Positions 10,256 to 19,285 are shown, numbered from the stretch's first letter. The stretch: DNA of 64,000 nucleotides from an uncultured Candidatus Saccharibacteria bacterium (GCA_964407105.1 CAYOUG010000001.1:96227-160226); one strand, 5' to 3'. A program made the numbers and translations. Notes: generated by a model from the sequence alone, not told the origin.

Positions 10256-10663
10256 GGGGATGATCGGCCTAGACAGGATATCAAATCATATATGTGCAAC
10301 GTAGAGCTTGAATACCTCTTAAAACTTTTCAAAATTCTAAGTGCAAACAACTTAGTTACAAAAGCAAAGTCAGTTGTCTCTCCATATTTTGGAGCAAAGG
10401 ATTTTACTTTCGCTTACGCAATAGCCTAAGCGACGTCACGTGAGCTGTTGTTCGATTGGCTCATTGTGGTGTTATATCATCGAAATAGAATGTGTGGTGT
10501 TTCGACACACATTTGAAATTAATTGAAAATAGGAGTGTGGCGGTTTTGTCTGTTTCATACGCCCCATTCCGAAATCGCCGTTAGGCGAAGAAACTTTCTA
10601 CACGTTGTAGACTCATATGTGATCATGTTCTGCACGGCGGTTCGATTCCGCCCATCTCCACTA
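10256..10663 (+). ncRNA. ssrA: tmRNA; tag ORF 10343-10429 (ANNLVTKAKSVVSPYFGAKDFTFAYAIA*)
   Basis: GGGGATG/CATCTCC-A acceptor with G3:U70, GGCGG-TTCGATT-CCGCC T arm, Ala-ending tag, adjacent to smpB. Confidence 0.93.
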
Positions 10664-11264
10664 GACACGAATTTTGAGCCTCTGGGAGGGTAAATACTCT
10701 TAGGGGTAGCGACAGAATAGCGGTTTCAAACCCGCTATTTTTGTTGTATGCCAACAGTTCCTGAAATACAAGCCTTAAAACCAGTCTTTTTTGGTGAATA
10801 TTACCTTTTTTCCATTTATCTAAAGGGTTCTTCAGAAAATCAAAAACAATATCTAATGCGGTTTCAATGTTTGGTTTGAGTGAATCAAAAGACACGATAG
10901 AACTTTTTAAAACCATTTCTTTTTCTGCGATCTCACTCAATCGTTTCTCATAAACAGTCACCACGTTATCATCCACAGCTCTTGTAAGCCTTCCTAGCAA
11001 TCGGTTACGCTCGATTTCGAGTTCCGCCAACTCATCAAAAATTTGTCTTTTCTTGGCGGCAATTCCTTTCTCTTTACTTTGCCAAACATCTTCAACAATT
11101 TTCTTTGTAAGACTTAATACCGTCTTGCTTGGTTTAATTCTCCATAAGATATCTAAAAACTTCTTTTCCATTACATCTCTATGAATACTTTTATTTCTCT
11201 GGCTACAGCCAGTTTGATTACATCGAAAGTAGGGCTTTTTATGCCTCAATAGCACTATAACCAA
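10623..11264 (-). pseudogene. C-terminal remnant of a large serine recombinase (Zn ribbon plus coiled coil); catalytic N-terminus absent
   Basis: YFRCNQTGC, long coiled coil, KRLVLRLVF; C-terminus VEMGGIEPP is the antisense reading of the tmRNA 3' end. Confidence 0.75.
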
Positions 11265-11329
11265 TTTTCCTTCCTGAATTTTCTCTATACCCCCCTCATT
11301 GTTTGATAAGAATCAATTAGGGAAAAATG

Positions 11330-12148
11330 TTACTCACAGTATTGAATAATTTGATAATTAGTTGTTGTGAGCTGAGCATCCAGCGCATTCATCACACCTT
11401 GATAACGATCATTTTCGTTTTGGATTTCCGTCTCTAATACGCCACCGAACGTCCCCCCAGAATTTTGTTGAATCTGTGAAAGTTTGACGTTATGTTCAGT
11501 TAATGCCGCTTCTTTTTGTTGAGCTATGGACACGGCTTTTGATTTTGATTCTGCACACCAATCTTCCTCTATCGCAGGAACAGAAATACTTTCTGCTTCT
11601 TTTTTTACAAGAATAGGACAACCAATATCCTTATTGTAAGCATCAACTTTTCTAACAACACTTACTAAGATATTTTTTTGCCCAACGTCGTGTATAGAAA
11701 ATACCGCTTTATTGTTATCAATTTGATTTGTGAGATATTTTTTATCCCATTTAATTTCATAATTGGAAATATCATCGAATGGTATGTATATCTCCGCTTT
11801 TACCGAATCTCCATTAAACATTTCGTTTTTTGAAAGATTACATTGAGCAGTAAAGTCTTTTGGCATTGTAGGCGTTGGTTTTATTGGCTGAACAATTTTT
11901 GATGTAGGTATACTTGTTCCGTGTGATTCATTCACTGTTGGAGCCACAACTTCTTGTGTGGTTTTACTTTCACTTTCAAGTTTTTTTTCAAGTTCTTGTA
12001 TTCTATTTTCTAGTATATGAGTCTCGGTATCGTTTTTGTGGAAATTCCAGCTATCAAACCAAGATAAAGGATTCCACCAAGCGGCAGAGACCACTTGTGG
12101 GACTAGAATTGTAACCAGTAATAACATAACAAAGATTATTTTTTTCAT
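11330..12148 (-). CDS. Secreted hypothetical protein with AAWWNPLSW motif and coiled coil
   Basis: Signal peptide, WWNP motif, coiled-coil segments. Confidence 0.7.
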   Translation of the reverse strand: MKKIIFVMLLLVTILVPQVVSAAWWNPLSWFDSWNFHKNDTETHILENRIQELEKKLESESKTTQEVVAPTVNESHGTSIPTSKIVQPIKPTPTMPKDFTAQCNLSKNEMFNGDSVKAEIYIPFDDISNYEIKWDKKYLTNQIDNNKAVFSIHDVGQKNILVSVVRKVDAYNKDIGCPILVKKEAESISVPAIEEDWCAESKSKAVSIAQQKEAALTEHNVKLSQIQQNSGGTFGGVLETEIQNENDRYQGVMNALDAQLTTTNYQIIQYCE

Positions 12149-12169
12149 ATAATAAGAATTGAATAATGA

Positions 12170-12565
12170 TTATAACCAACTATCGACTCCACCATGATGT
12201 GAACACGTTCCTTTTCTAGATTGACTAAAACTGTAAGTGTCGTCTCGACATCTAGCAGAAGCTCCTATTGGAATAGAATTATCTTGTGTATATGTTGGAG
12301 AATGCACCGAGTTACCGTAAGTATTGGTGTAGTAATTATCATTTGATAGCTCGGGGGTTTTTTGGGAAGTTGGTACTACTTTCTGAACGGTGTTTTGTGC
12401 ATTGACTTGGAACTGACTTGCAGGAGCTACTACTTGTGTCCCCTGAGTATATTGATTTGTGTTGTCACCCTGAAGACCACCCATACCCATCACGGCAACT
12501 GCTGCAACAGAAGCTAATATGTAGCGTTTCTTCTTATACCAAGGACGAGGGCTGTTTGGGTTCAT
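12170..12565 (-). CDS. DUF3761-like membrane-anchored protein
   Basis: PWYKKKR plus TM helix; GASARCRDDTYSFSQSRKGTCSHHGGV. Confidence 0.8.
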   Translation of the reverse strand: MNPNSPRPWYKKKRYILASVAAVAVMGMGGLQGDNTNQYTQGTQVVAPASQFQVNAQNTVQKVVPTSQKTPELSNDNYYTNTYGNSVHSPTYTQDNSIPIGASARCRDDTYSFSQSRKGTCSHHGGVDSWL

Positions 12566-12703
12566 ATACTTGAAGACTACACCCTTTCCTATCCTAATTC
12601 AATTCCCATAATGTGATTACAAAGTCCACCAATAAAAAAACCGCACCCTAAGCTTACGCTACAGGTGCGGAGGTTCATTCACATCAACTTGTCAACTCCG
12701 TGT

Positions 12704-13417
12704 TCACCGACGACGTCTATATGTGAACATTCCAAGAACAAACAAACCGAGTGCTGATGGACCAGGAACTGTCGAACCGACTGAATCGATCCAGACTTCA
12801 CCTGACCCCATATTGAAATTTACAAAACCGATCGTATCAAAACCCGTAAACGATGGACCCCCATAGAAAGCGATCCAACTGGTCCAGGAGCCTTCATTCA
12901 ATCTGTATCGAGCCGATGCGTCTTGAGAACGCCACTCGATAGTGACGAGGTTCCAGATGTTGTCGGTATAGTCATCGAAACCAACATAAACATCCAGAAC
13001 AGGGTCAATGTAGGCGACCTGACCGCTTTTCATGAACGCCAAAGTCGCTCTCGACGGACCGTCCCACGAATCCTGAAAGAGACCGAGCTGAAAATTCTCG
13101 CCGATGCTGTAGTCTCCCCATTCAGAGTGGTTCACTGTCCGAACGTAAAACGACTGACTCCCATCTGCCAGTGAAACATCACCAGTCTTGGTAATGACAC
13201 TGTCGGCAAATTGATTGCTGCTTCCGATGGCTTCAGTCCCATCAATGCCGATGCCGTCCTGAACCAACCAGGTTTCACCATTGGCCCGATCGAACCAGTC
13301 TCCCTGCCCCACTACTGGTCCACTGACGTAGGAATTGAAATTATCCACGACAATGGAAGCTTGAGCATTCGTAGCCAAAAGAAAAAGCCACATAACGACA
13401 ATCACAATCATTTTCAT
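12704..13417 (-). CDS. PEP-CTERM-like sorting-signal protein
   Basis: Signal peptide; C-terminus VPGPSALGLFVLGMFTYRRRR; SD AGGAG; own promoter and terminator. Confidence 0.75.
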   Translation of the reverse strand: MKMIVIVVMWLFLLATNAQASIVVDNFNSYVSGPVVGQGDWFDRANGETWLVQDGIGIDGTEAIGSSNQFADSVITKTGDVSLADGSQSFYVRTVNHSEWGDYSIGENFQLGLFQDSWDGPSRATLAFMKSGQVAYIDPVLDVYVGFDDYTDNIWNLVTIEWRSQDASARYRLNEGSWTSWIAFYGGPSFTGFDTIGFVNFNMGSGEVWIDSVGSTVPGPSALGLFVLGMFTYRRRR

Positions 13418-13513
13418 TACAATTCTCCTATTTGAAGGTGCTTGAAAAAACCCATATCACTATACAATAAATCAATAACTAGTCAATGACACCTGGTTGA
13501 AAGTTCTTCTGTA

Positions 13514-13906
13514 TTAAATCTTCACAGCAATACTGCTTTCTTCAATCAAATAAGATTTGAAGATTTTGTAAGCTATCAACGTATTAAATATTACGAAAAG
13601 AACATACCATTGTTGACCAAGAATAATAAAATTATAGATAGAAATCAGTAAAACAATACTCGTGATAGTCAAAGCGGCCCCTTTCTTAGCCTTAAATTTA
13701 TTTGAATACAAGACTGCGGCAAAATAAATAGCCAATATACTTAGAATTGATCCGATTAACGAGTAGTTAGATGAAACCATCTCAATTCTTTCAGAAATCA
13801 CGGTGAGTATAACAACCGCTACATACTGAAACAATATTATCATTCCCATTACAATAATCACTGTTACCCAGATTGGTAAAACCTTTTTATAATCACCTCG
13901 GTTCAT
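13514..13906 (-). CDS. Hypothetical 4-TM membrane protein
   Basis: Four hydrophobic segments, ATG start. Confidence 0.65.
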   Translation of the reverse strand: MNRGDYKKVLPIWVTVIIVMGMIILFQYVAVVILTVISERIEMVSSNYSLIGSILSILAIYFAAVLYSNKFKAKKGAALTITSIVLLISIYNFIILGQQWYVLFVIFNTLIAYKIFKSYLIEESSIAVKI

Positions 13907-14102
13907 ATATACACTAATTTAACTCCAAACACTGTAATAAGTCCAATATTATTCAATTCCCTTCATGTGATCCAAAATATATTTGCACCCAAGGAAATAT
14001 TAAGTTTTCTTAAGTTATACAACCCCTAAAATCGCTTCAGACGACTCGAAAACCCAAGAATGTAGTTGGTTCCAATTTTCACTCACTAAGTCCACATCAA
14101 AT

Positions 14103-14133
14103 ACAAAAACCGTCCTTACTGGGCGGTTTTTGT
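14103..14133. terminator. Bidirectional terminator
   Basis: acaaaaaccgtcc-ttact-gggcggtttttgt. Confidence 0.75.
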
Positions 14134-15117
14134 TTACTTATTTTGTTTTTCCACTTCTGTGTACACAATACGTGACACTTCTGATATCACTTCAAGAAGA
14201 GAATCAAAACTGCTACCCCGAGTCATCACACAAAGCAAGTAAGGATCTTTTGGAAAATAGACAATACCGCAGTCGTGAAGTTGTTTAAGATTTTCTCCCT
14301 CAACAATATGCTCACCAAACTTGTGAGCCACCAACACATCAGATGGTACACCTCGCACCAAACCATCTTTAAAGTCAGTTTGAGAAAGTAAAGACAGAGC
14401 GGCATCAGAAAATGGCTTTTCTAAATAAGATGCATTGTAGAGAATTCTGAAAAAAGAACTGTAATCTTTTGCACTCATAAAATCTACATCATCATTTCTC
14501 ACCTGAAAACCAAGATCCTTATAAACTTCTATCGTATGATCAGGGCCTATTTTTTTAGATAGTAAAAGGGCTGCATCATTATCAGAATATATAATCATAC
14601 GTTCTGCCAACTCTCTCAAAGTATATTGTGAACCAACCTGTATACGTTCTTTGGGTGGAAAATTGAGGTCGTATTTAATATCAGAACCAGAAAACTCAAT
14701 AGTCTCTTCTGAAAATTTTGATCTCTCCTCTACCAACTGAAGAAAAGAAATAAGTAATGGAACCTTGAGCATGCTTGATGGCAAAAATTCTTCGCGCTCA
14801 TCAATACCAAACCATGGACCGTTATTGAGATTTCGATAATACACAGCTATATCAGAAACTTTTCCTTGTTGTTTTGTGGAATCAACATAATTTTGAACAG
14901 CGGGCTTAAAATTACTTGTGTTGTGTTGCAACATCTCACCCTGATCACACTGAAGTAATGGGTTTATAAACTTATATTGATTGTCTAATTCATGGGTCTC
15001 ATTGAAATCATCACTAATTCCTGAAACCGGTCTATAAATATGAGAATATGATAGAAACCCAGCAACAAAGGAGAGGGCAAAGAAAACACAAACAAAGACT
15101 CTCTTACACATTTTCAT
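14134..15117 (-). CDS. Class A beta-lactamase-related serine hydrolase
   Basis: SMLK (SxxK), SDN, HKFG, HDCGIVY; N-terminal membrane anchor. Confidence 0.85.
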   Translation of the reverse strand: MKMCKRVFVCVFFALSFVAGFLSYSHIYRPVSGISDDFNETHELDNQYKFINPLLQCDQGEMLQHNTSNFKPAVQNYVDSTKQQGKVSDIAVYYRNLNNGPWFGIDEREEFLPSSMLKVPLLISFLQLVEERSKFSEETIEFSGSDIKYDLNFPPKERIQVGSQYTLRELAERMIIYSDNDAALLLSKKIGPDHTIEVYKDLGFQVRNDDVDFMSAKDYSSFFRILYNASYLEKPFSDAALSLLSQTDFKDGLVRGVPSDVLVAHKFGEHIVEGENLKQLHDCGIVYFPKDPYLLCVMTRGSSFDSLLEVISEVSRIVYTEVEKQNK

Positions 15118-15162
15118 GTAGACTTACTATAACTCCAACGTACAAAAAAGCAACGAGTGTTT

Positions 15163-15729
15163 TTAATACTTTCTAACCACACCTTTTACTACAGCCGCAA
15201 TACGAAAACTTTCGCGTGGATATATCGGTTTATAATTTTTATTAGCGGGTTCGAGCCATATTTTTCCAGCCTTAATACGATAAAATTTCATTGTCCACCC
15301 ACCATCTACTTCTGCAATGACAATATCGCCGTCGCGCGCATATTCACGTTTCTCCGCAACCACCATGTCTCCTTCTCGTATTCCCTCTTCTATCATTGAG
15401 TCTCCCTTTACTTCAAGTAAATATGTATTACCTTGATCTTCAATAAGTAACTCATCGAGACTCAATGTATCGAGTGCTTCTGCTTCTGCAACAGAAGGAA
15501 TACCAGCTTCCACCAAACCAAGGACAGGAACTTGGTCAAACATATGCTTTGGAATAATTTTTCCACGGTCGTCTTTTTCAACAACACCTGCGTCGACAAG
15601 TTTGTTGATGAGCTTATAAACAGCATTTTTAGATTTGAAACCAACAAGAGACATGATCTCTTGATAGCTCGGCATACGCCGATGTTTTTTATAAAATGCT
15701 GTAATTTTTTGGAAATACTCCTCTTGCAT
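15163..15729 (-). CDS. lexA: LexA repressor (winged helix plus S24 peptidase)
   Basis: PSYQEI, EAG cleavage site, GDSM, TMK. Confidence 0.9.
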   Translation of the reverse strand: MQEEYFQKITAFYKKHRRMPSYQEIMSLVGFKSKNAVYKLINKLVDAGVVEKDDRGKIIPKHMFDQVPVLGLVEAGIPSVAEAEALDTLSLDELLIEDQGNTYLLEVKGDSMIEEGIREGDMVVAEKREYARDGDIVIAEVDGGWTMKFYRIKAGKIWLEPANKNYKPIYPRESFRIAAVVKGVVRKY

Positions 15730-15747
15730 TAATTATGTTTTAAATCT

Positions 15748-15942
15748 TTACAAAAATGATACGAAACCAAATGATCGAGCGAGCCACGCACTGCGACGCA
15801 CCTGAGAAATCTGGCTACGAAGCTTTCTGTGTAAACGTGCTTCTTTTGCATATGATTGACCTTTTATAATCTTAAAATCTATTTGTTCGTTGAGTCTTTT
15901 AAGCTCATCGTGAATGGAATACACTAATTTGTTTTTACTCAT
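15748..15942 (-). CDS. Small basic hypothetical protein, probably co-transcribed upstream of lexA
   Basis: 64-aa ORF ending 18 nt before lexA, downstream of the operator-containing promoter. Confidence 0.65.
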   Translation of the reverse strand: MSKNKLVYSIHDELKRLNEQIDFKIIKGQSYAKEARLHRKLRSQISQVRRSAWLARSFGFVSFL

Positions 15943-15990
15943 ATTATGGTGGGTTTAAATAAGTATTTGTTATGACCTTTGTATGTATAC

Positions 15991-16020
15991 AGTATAGGTG
16001 AACTATCGTTCACTAGTCAA
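15991..16020 (-). promoter_or_regulatory. Sigma70 promoter with embedded LexA-type operator
   Basis: TTGACT-18-TATACT; spacer holds palindrome GTGAAC-N4-GTTCAC (15998-16013). Confidence 0.75.
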
Positions 16021-16120
16021 TGTGGATAACATATCTGCAGAATAAAAATTTTTTACCGTCAACATATGTGCTAGAATATATAAATACAGGTCGATATATT
16101 ACAAGATATTTTGAATACAT

Positions 16121-16357
16121 ATGAACAACGAACACAACAACACCTGTACAACATGCACCGAAGGAAAAACATGTATAAAATGTTGTCAGTGCATACACCA
16201 CAGTATCATTCCAATATTGATGATTTTGTTTGCAACAACATTTCTACTTGGTTATCTAGGATATTTCGATATGCAAACAGTAAATACGATTTGGCCAATA
16301 CTTGTTGGTATCGCCGGCATTGCAAAACTTGGAGATCACAAATGTAAGTGTTGCTAA
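16121..16357 (+). CDS. Small 2-TM protein with Cys-rich ends
   Basis: CTTC..CIKCCQC, two TM helices, C-terminal KCKCC; followed by terminator. Confidence 0.65.
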   Translation: MNNEHNNTCTTCTEGKTCIKCCQCIHHSIIPILMILFATTFLLGYLGYFDMQTVNTIWPILVGIAGIAKLGDHKCKCC

Positions 16358-16367
16358 CTTTTTTCTC

Positions 16368-16399
16368 AAAAAACCAGTTCCTCAGTGGGCTGGTTTTTT
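16368..16399 (+). terminator. Terminator
   Basis: aaaaaaccagttc-ctcagt-gggctggtttttt. Confidence 0.7.
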
Positions 16400-16418
16400 G
16401 CTAGACTAATATACATAC

Positions 16419-17495
16419 ATGGAAGAAAAAGTACTAAAATTTTTTACACAATCAGACACTGCGTGGGAAGCTATGCTTGAAGCTTGCGAAAAAGCTACGG
16501 TGTCCATAGATATGGAACAGTATATTTTTACCAATGACAGTATCGGCAAACGTTTTCTTGAAATTTTCATAAAAAAAAGAAAGGAGGGTGTGGCTATCAG
16601 ATTGTTGTGTGATACCGTGGGCAGTTATTATTTTTATAATTCAATAGTACCGGAAGAACTTCAGATTCTTGGCATTGAAATACGTTTTTTTAATATCATC
16701 GATCCGTGGCGTATTGGCAACTTTTTTTCTTGGTATTTTAGAGATCATAGAAAAATACTCGTGGTAGACGGTATGGTGGGTATTATTGGTGGCGTTGGTA
16801 TTCGCGAAGATATGGCTTTTTGGCGAGATACTTGTGTACAAATGAACGGTGAGGGTGCACAAGAAATGCAACACACATTCAACGATATGTGGAGACTTTC
16901 TGCGCGAAAAAATATTTTTGAACGTATCAAACAATCAAGAATTGTGACAAAAAGTAAATATGTTGTCACCAATGCCCCCTACCCTCGCCGACGTTTTTTG
17001 TATCGCCAACTTATTAATACTATTCGTGGAGCAAAAAAATCTGTATTACTCACAACGCCATATTTCGTGCCAAACCCACATCTTGTTTGGGCACTAAAAT
17101 TTGTAGCGAAACGTGGTGTCGACGTGCGCATCATTGTTCCACATACTTCGGATAATATTCTAGTAAATCGTGCTTCCCACAGTTTCTTTTTTGATTTGTT
17201 ATCGAGCGGTATACGTATTTATGAATATTCTGGAAATTTTATTCATACAAAAACAGCTATTGTAGATGGACGATGGTGTACATTTGGAAGTTTAAATTTT
17301 GATAATCTCAGTTTCACTTATAATCACGAAGCAAATATTATTTCCACAAACAATATTTTTGTAAACACACTTACAGAACATTTTGAAAATGATTTAGAAA
17401 AATGTAATGAGGTACATATTGATGATTGGATTAAACGACCTTTTTCATGGAAATTTCGAGAGTTTTTAATTCTTCCTTTTAGACGTTTTTTATAA
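16419..17495 (+). CDS. cls: Cardiolipin synthase (PLD family)
   Basis: Two HKD motifs (HRKILVVD, HTKTAIVD), TPYFVP. Confidence 0.9.
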   Translation: MEEKVLKFFTQSDTAWEAMLEACEKATVSIDMEQYIFTNDSIGKRFLEIFIKKRKEGVAIRLLCDTVGSYYFYNSIVPEELQILGIEIRFFNIIDPWRIGNFFSWYFRDHRKILVVDGMVGIIGGVGIREDMAFWRDTCVQMNGEGAQEMQHTFNDMWRLSARKNIFERIKQSRIVTKSKYVVTNAPYPRRRFLYRQLINTIRGAKKSVLLTTPYFVPNPHLVWALKFVAKRGVDVRIIVPHTSDNILVNRASHSFFFDLLSSGIRIYEYSGNFIHTKTAIVDGRWCTFGSLNFDNLSFTYNHEANIISTNNIFVNTLTEHFENDLEKCNEVHIDDWIKRPFSWKFREFLILPFRRFL

Positions 17496-17572
17496 AAATA
17501 TAAAAAAGCCGATCGCACAAACATGCGAACGGCTTTGGGTGATGCGGAGTGTTTTTTCAATTACACCGCACC

Positions 17573-18025
17573 CTAGATTTTGTGAGGTTCGCCGTGATTG
17601 CGGCAAGGACTATGTGGTGAATGACCACCACAGTCACAGGTATTTGATCGGCCGAGATTACGACAGGAACCGAGTTTCTCACAATCACAGGTATGTGGTC
17701 GACCAAGATGTGATCCGTCTTCATGTGTCGCACCACCATGCGCGTTGTTTGCCGATGGTTGGCGACATGACAAGTCATCGAACAACGGAGTCTCTTGGAT
17801 CTCTGTGGTTGCAGCGAGTAGAGTCCCCGCCGCTTTAAATAGAGCCCGATTCAATTCTTCTGAACTCCCTTCGGCGATCTGTCTGAGTTCTTCTGGGGTG
17901 GCCCGTCTTGACGCTAGCGCCACCAAAACCCGCCTAGCAATCAATAGTCCCCAAAACGCCATCTCGCAACTCTCAGCTCTTTGCTTTGGCATTTTGTTAA
18001 GCTCAACACTATCACTACCGCCCAT
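17573..18025 (-). CDS. Orphan protein with duplicated Cys/His-rich C-terminal tail
   Basis: SD AGGAGGT before ATG; LGRxxTCDC repeated twice; downstream hairpin at about 17503-17536. Confidence 0.55.
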   Translation of the reverse strand: MGGSDSVELNKMPKQRAESCEMAFWGLLIARRVLVALASRRATPEELRQIAEGSSEELNRALFKAAGTLLAATTEIQETPLFDDLSCRQPSANNAHGGATHEDGSHLGRPHTCDCEKLGSCRNLGRSNTCDCGGHSPHSPCRNHGEPHKI

Positions 18026-18190
18026 CAGACACCTCCTGCCCCTTTTAAGGGCAAAAAAGAAACTGAGGAACAAATTTCATCTATATGTATAACACAAAAA
18101 ACCCTTATTTGATATGTCTCAGACCACTTGCTCTATTTTCAAAACAATGCTATATTTTCTTGACGTTATTAGGTTATTTTTATACACATA

Positions 18191-18700
18191 TTGAGTACCA
18201 AGGTTAGAATAAATCATCAGATAAAAGCACCTGAGCTTCGGGTTATTGGTCCTGAAGGTGAAAATTTTGGGGTTATTTCCCTAGAAGAAGCCTTGAAAAG
18301 GGCCACAGAAGCTGGGTTTGATCTGATCGAAATATCACCAAACGCCGTTCCTCCGGTCGCAAAGATCATGGACTATGGCAAGTACCAATATGATGACAAC
18401 AAAAAAGCTAAGCTTGCAAAAGCAAAAGCTCATGTTGTGGAGGTAAAAAATATCCAAGTAAAAGTGGGTACAGGAGATCATGACTTGGCGCTAAAAGCAA
18501 AAAAGGCTTCAGAGTGGCTCGCCGAAGGAAACAGAGTAAAAATTGATCTATTTCTTCCAGGCAGAACAAAGTACATGGATCTAAATTTTCTTAAGGAGCG
18601 AATGGATAGAGTTCTTAAACTTATCACGATAGAATACAACATCGCCGATACGCCAAAGAAAAGCCCAAAAGGACTTACAACACTCATAGAAAGAAAATAA
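18191..18700 (+). CDS. infC: Translation initiation factor IF-3 (non-AUG start)
   Basis: RINHQI, PPVAKIMDYGKYQY; first gene of infC-rpmI-rplT. Confidence 0.95.
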   Translation: MSTKVRINHQIKAPELRVIGPEGENFGVISLEEALKRATEAGFDLIEISPNAVPPVAKIMDYGKYQYDDNKKAKLAKAKAHVVEVKNIQVKVGTGDHDLALKAKKASEWLAEGNRVKIDLFLPGRTKYMDLNFLKERMDRVLKLITIEYNIADTPKKSPKGLTTLIERK

Positions 18701-18720
18701 CTGTGTAAAACATAAAAAAT

Positions 18721-18906
18721 ATGAAAACAAACAAATCATTTACAAAAAGATTAAAACTCACTCGAACTGGCAAGATTATTGCTCGTAAGACGGGTCAAAA
18801 TCATTTCAATTCAAAAGAAAGCGGTCGAAGTCAAATTTCAAAAAAACGATCTACGGTGTTTATCATGAACAACAAGATAAAAAGCCGATACATGGTCAAT
18901 CAATAA
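18721..18906 (+). CDS. rpmI: 50S ribosomal protein L35
   Basis: KTNKSFTKRLKLT, HFNSK; synteny. Confidence 0.9.
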   Translation: MKTNKSFTKRLKLTRTGKIIARKTGQNHFNSKESGRSQISKKRSTVFIMNNKIKSRYMVNQ

Positions 18907-18940
18907 CAGTAAAACTGAAAATCATATTTAATTAAAAAAC

Positions 18941-19285
18941 ATGACAAGAGTAAAAAAAGGAGTTAACGCTCTAAAAACAAGACGAAACGTTTTAAAACAA
19001 GTAAAAGGATACCGTTTTGGTCGTAGTACCAAAGAACGAGAGGCGTACGATGCTATCGCTCACGCTGGAGCATATGCGTTTGCACATCGACGAGACAAAA
19101 AAAATGATTTCCGCAAACTTTGGACAGTGCGCATAAACGCAGCACTTGAAACTCACGGACTTTCATACAGTAAATTTATGGGCGCTCTCAAAAAGAAAGG
19201 TATTGCTGTAGATCGAAAAATTCTTGCAACACTCGCGGCACAAAATCCAGAATCATTTGAACGAATTGTGAACAGTGCCAAATAA
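18941..19285 (+). CDS. rplT: 50S ribosomal protein L20
   Basis: MTRVKKG, FRKLWTVRINAA, DRKILA. Confidence 0.97.
   Translation: MTRVKKGVNALKTRRNVLKQVKGYRFGRSTKEREAYDAIAHAGAYAFAHRRDKKNDFRKLWTVRINAALETHGLSYSKFMGALKKKGIAVDRKILATLAAQNPESFERIVNSAK

Larger units (their letters stand above)
10657..14095. mobile_element. Degraded integrative island at the tmRNA 3' end (right boundary tentative)
   Basis: Recombinase remnant abutting ssrA; accessory cargo; short TCCAC core at 10657 recurs as aagTCCAC at 12622 and 14088, the latter followed by a bidirectional terminator. Confidence 0.5.

Noticed and set aside
17539-18092. Plus-strand ORFs 17539-17838 and 17745-18092
   Set aside because: The minus-strand ORF has the SD and a downstream terminator; the plus frames have no initiation signals.
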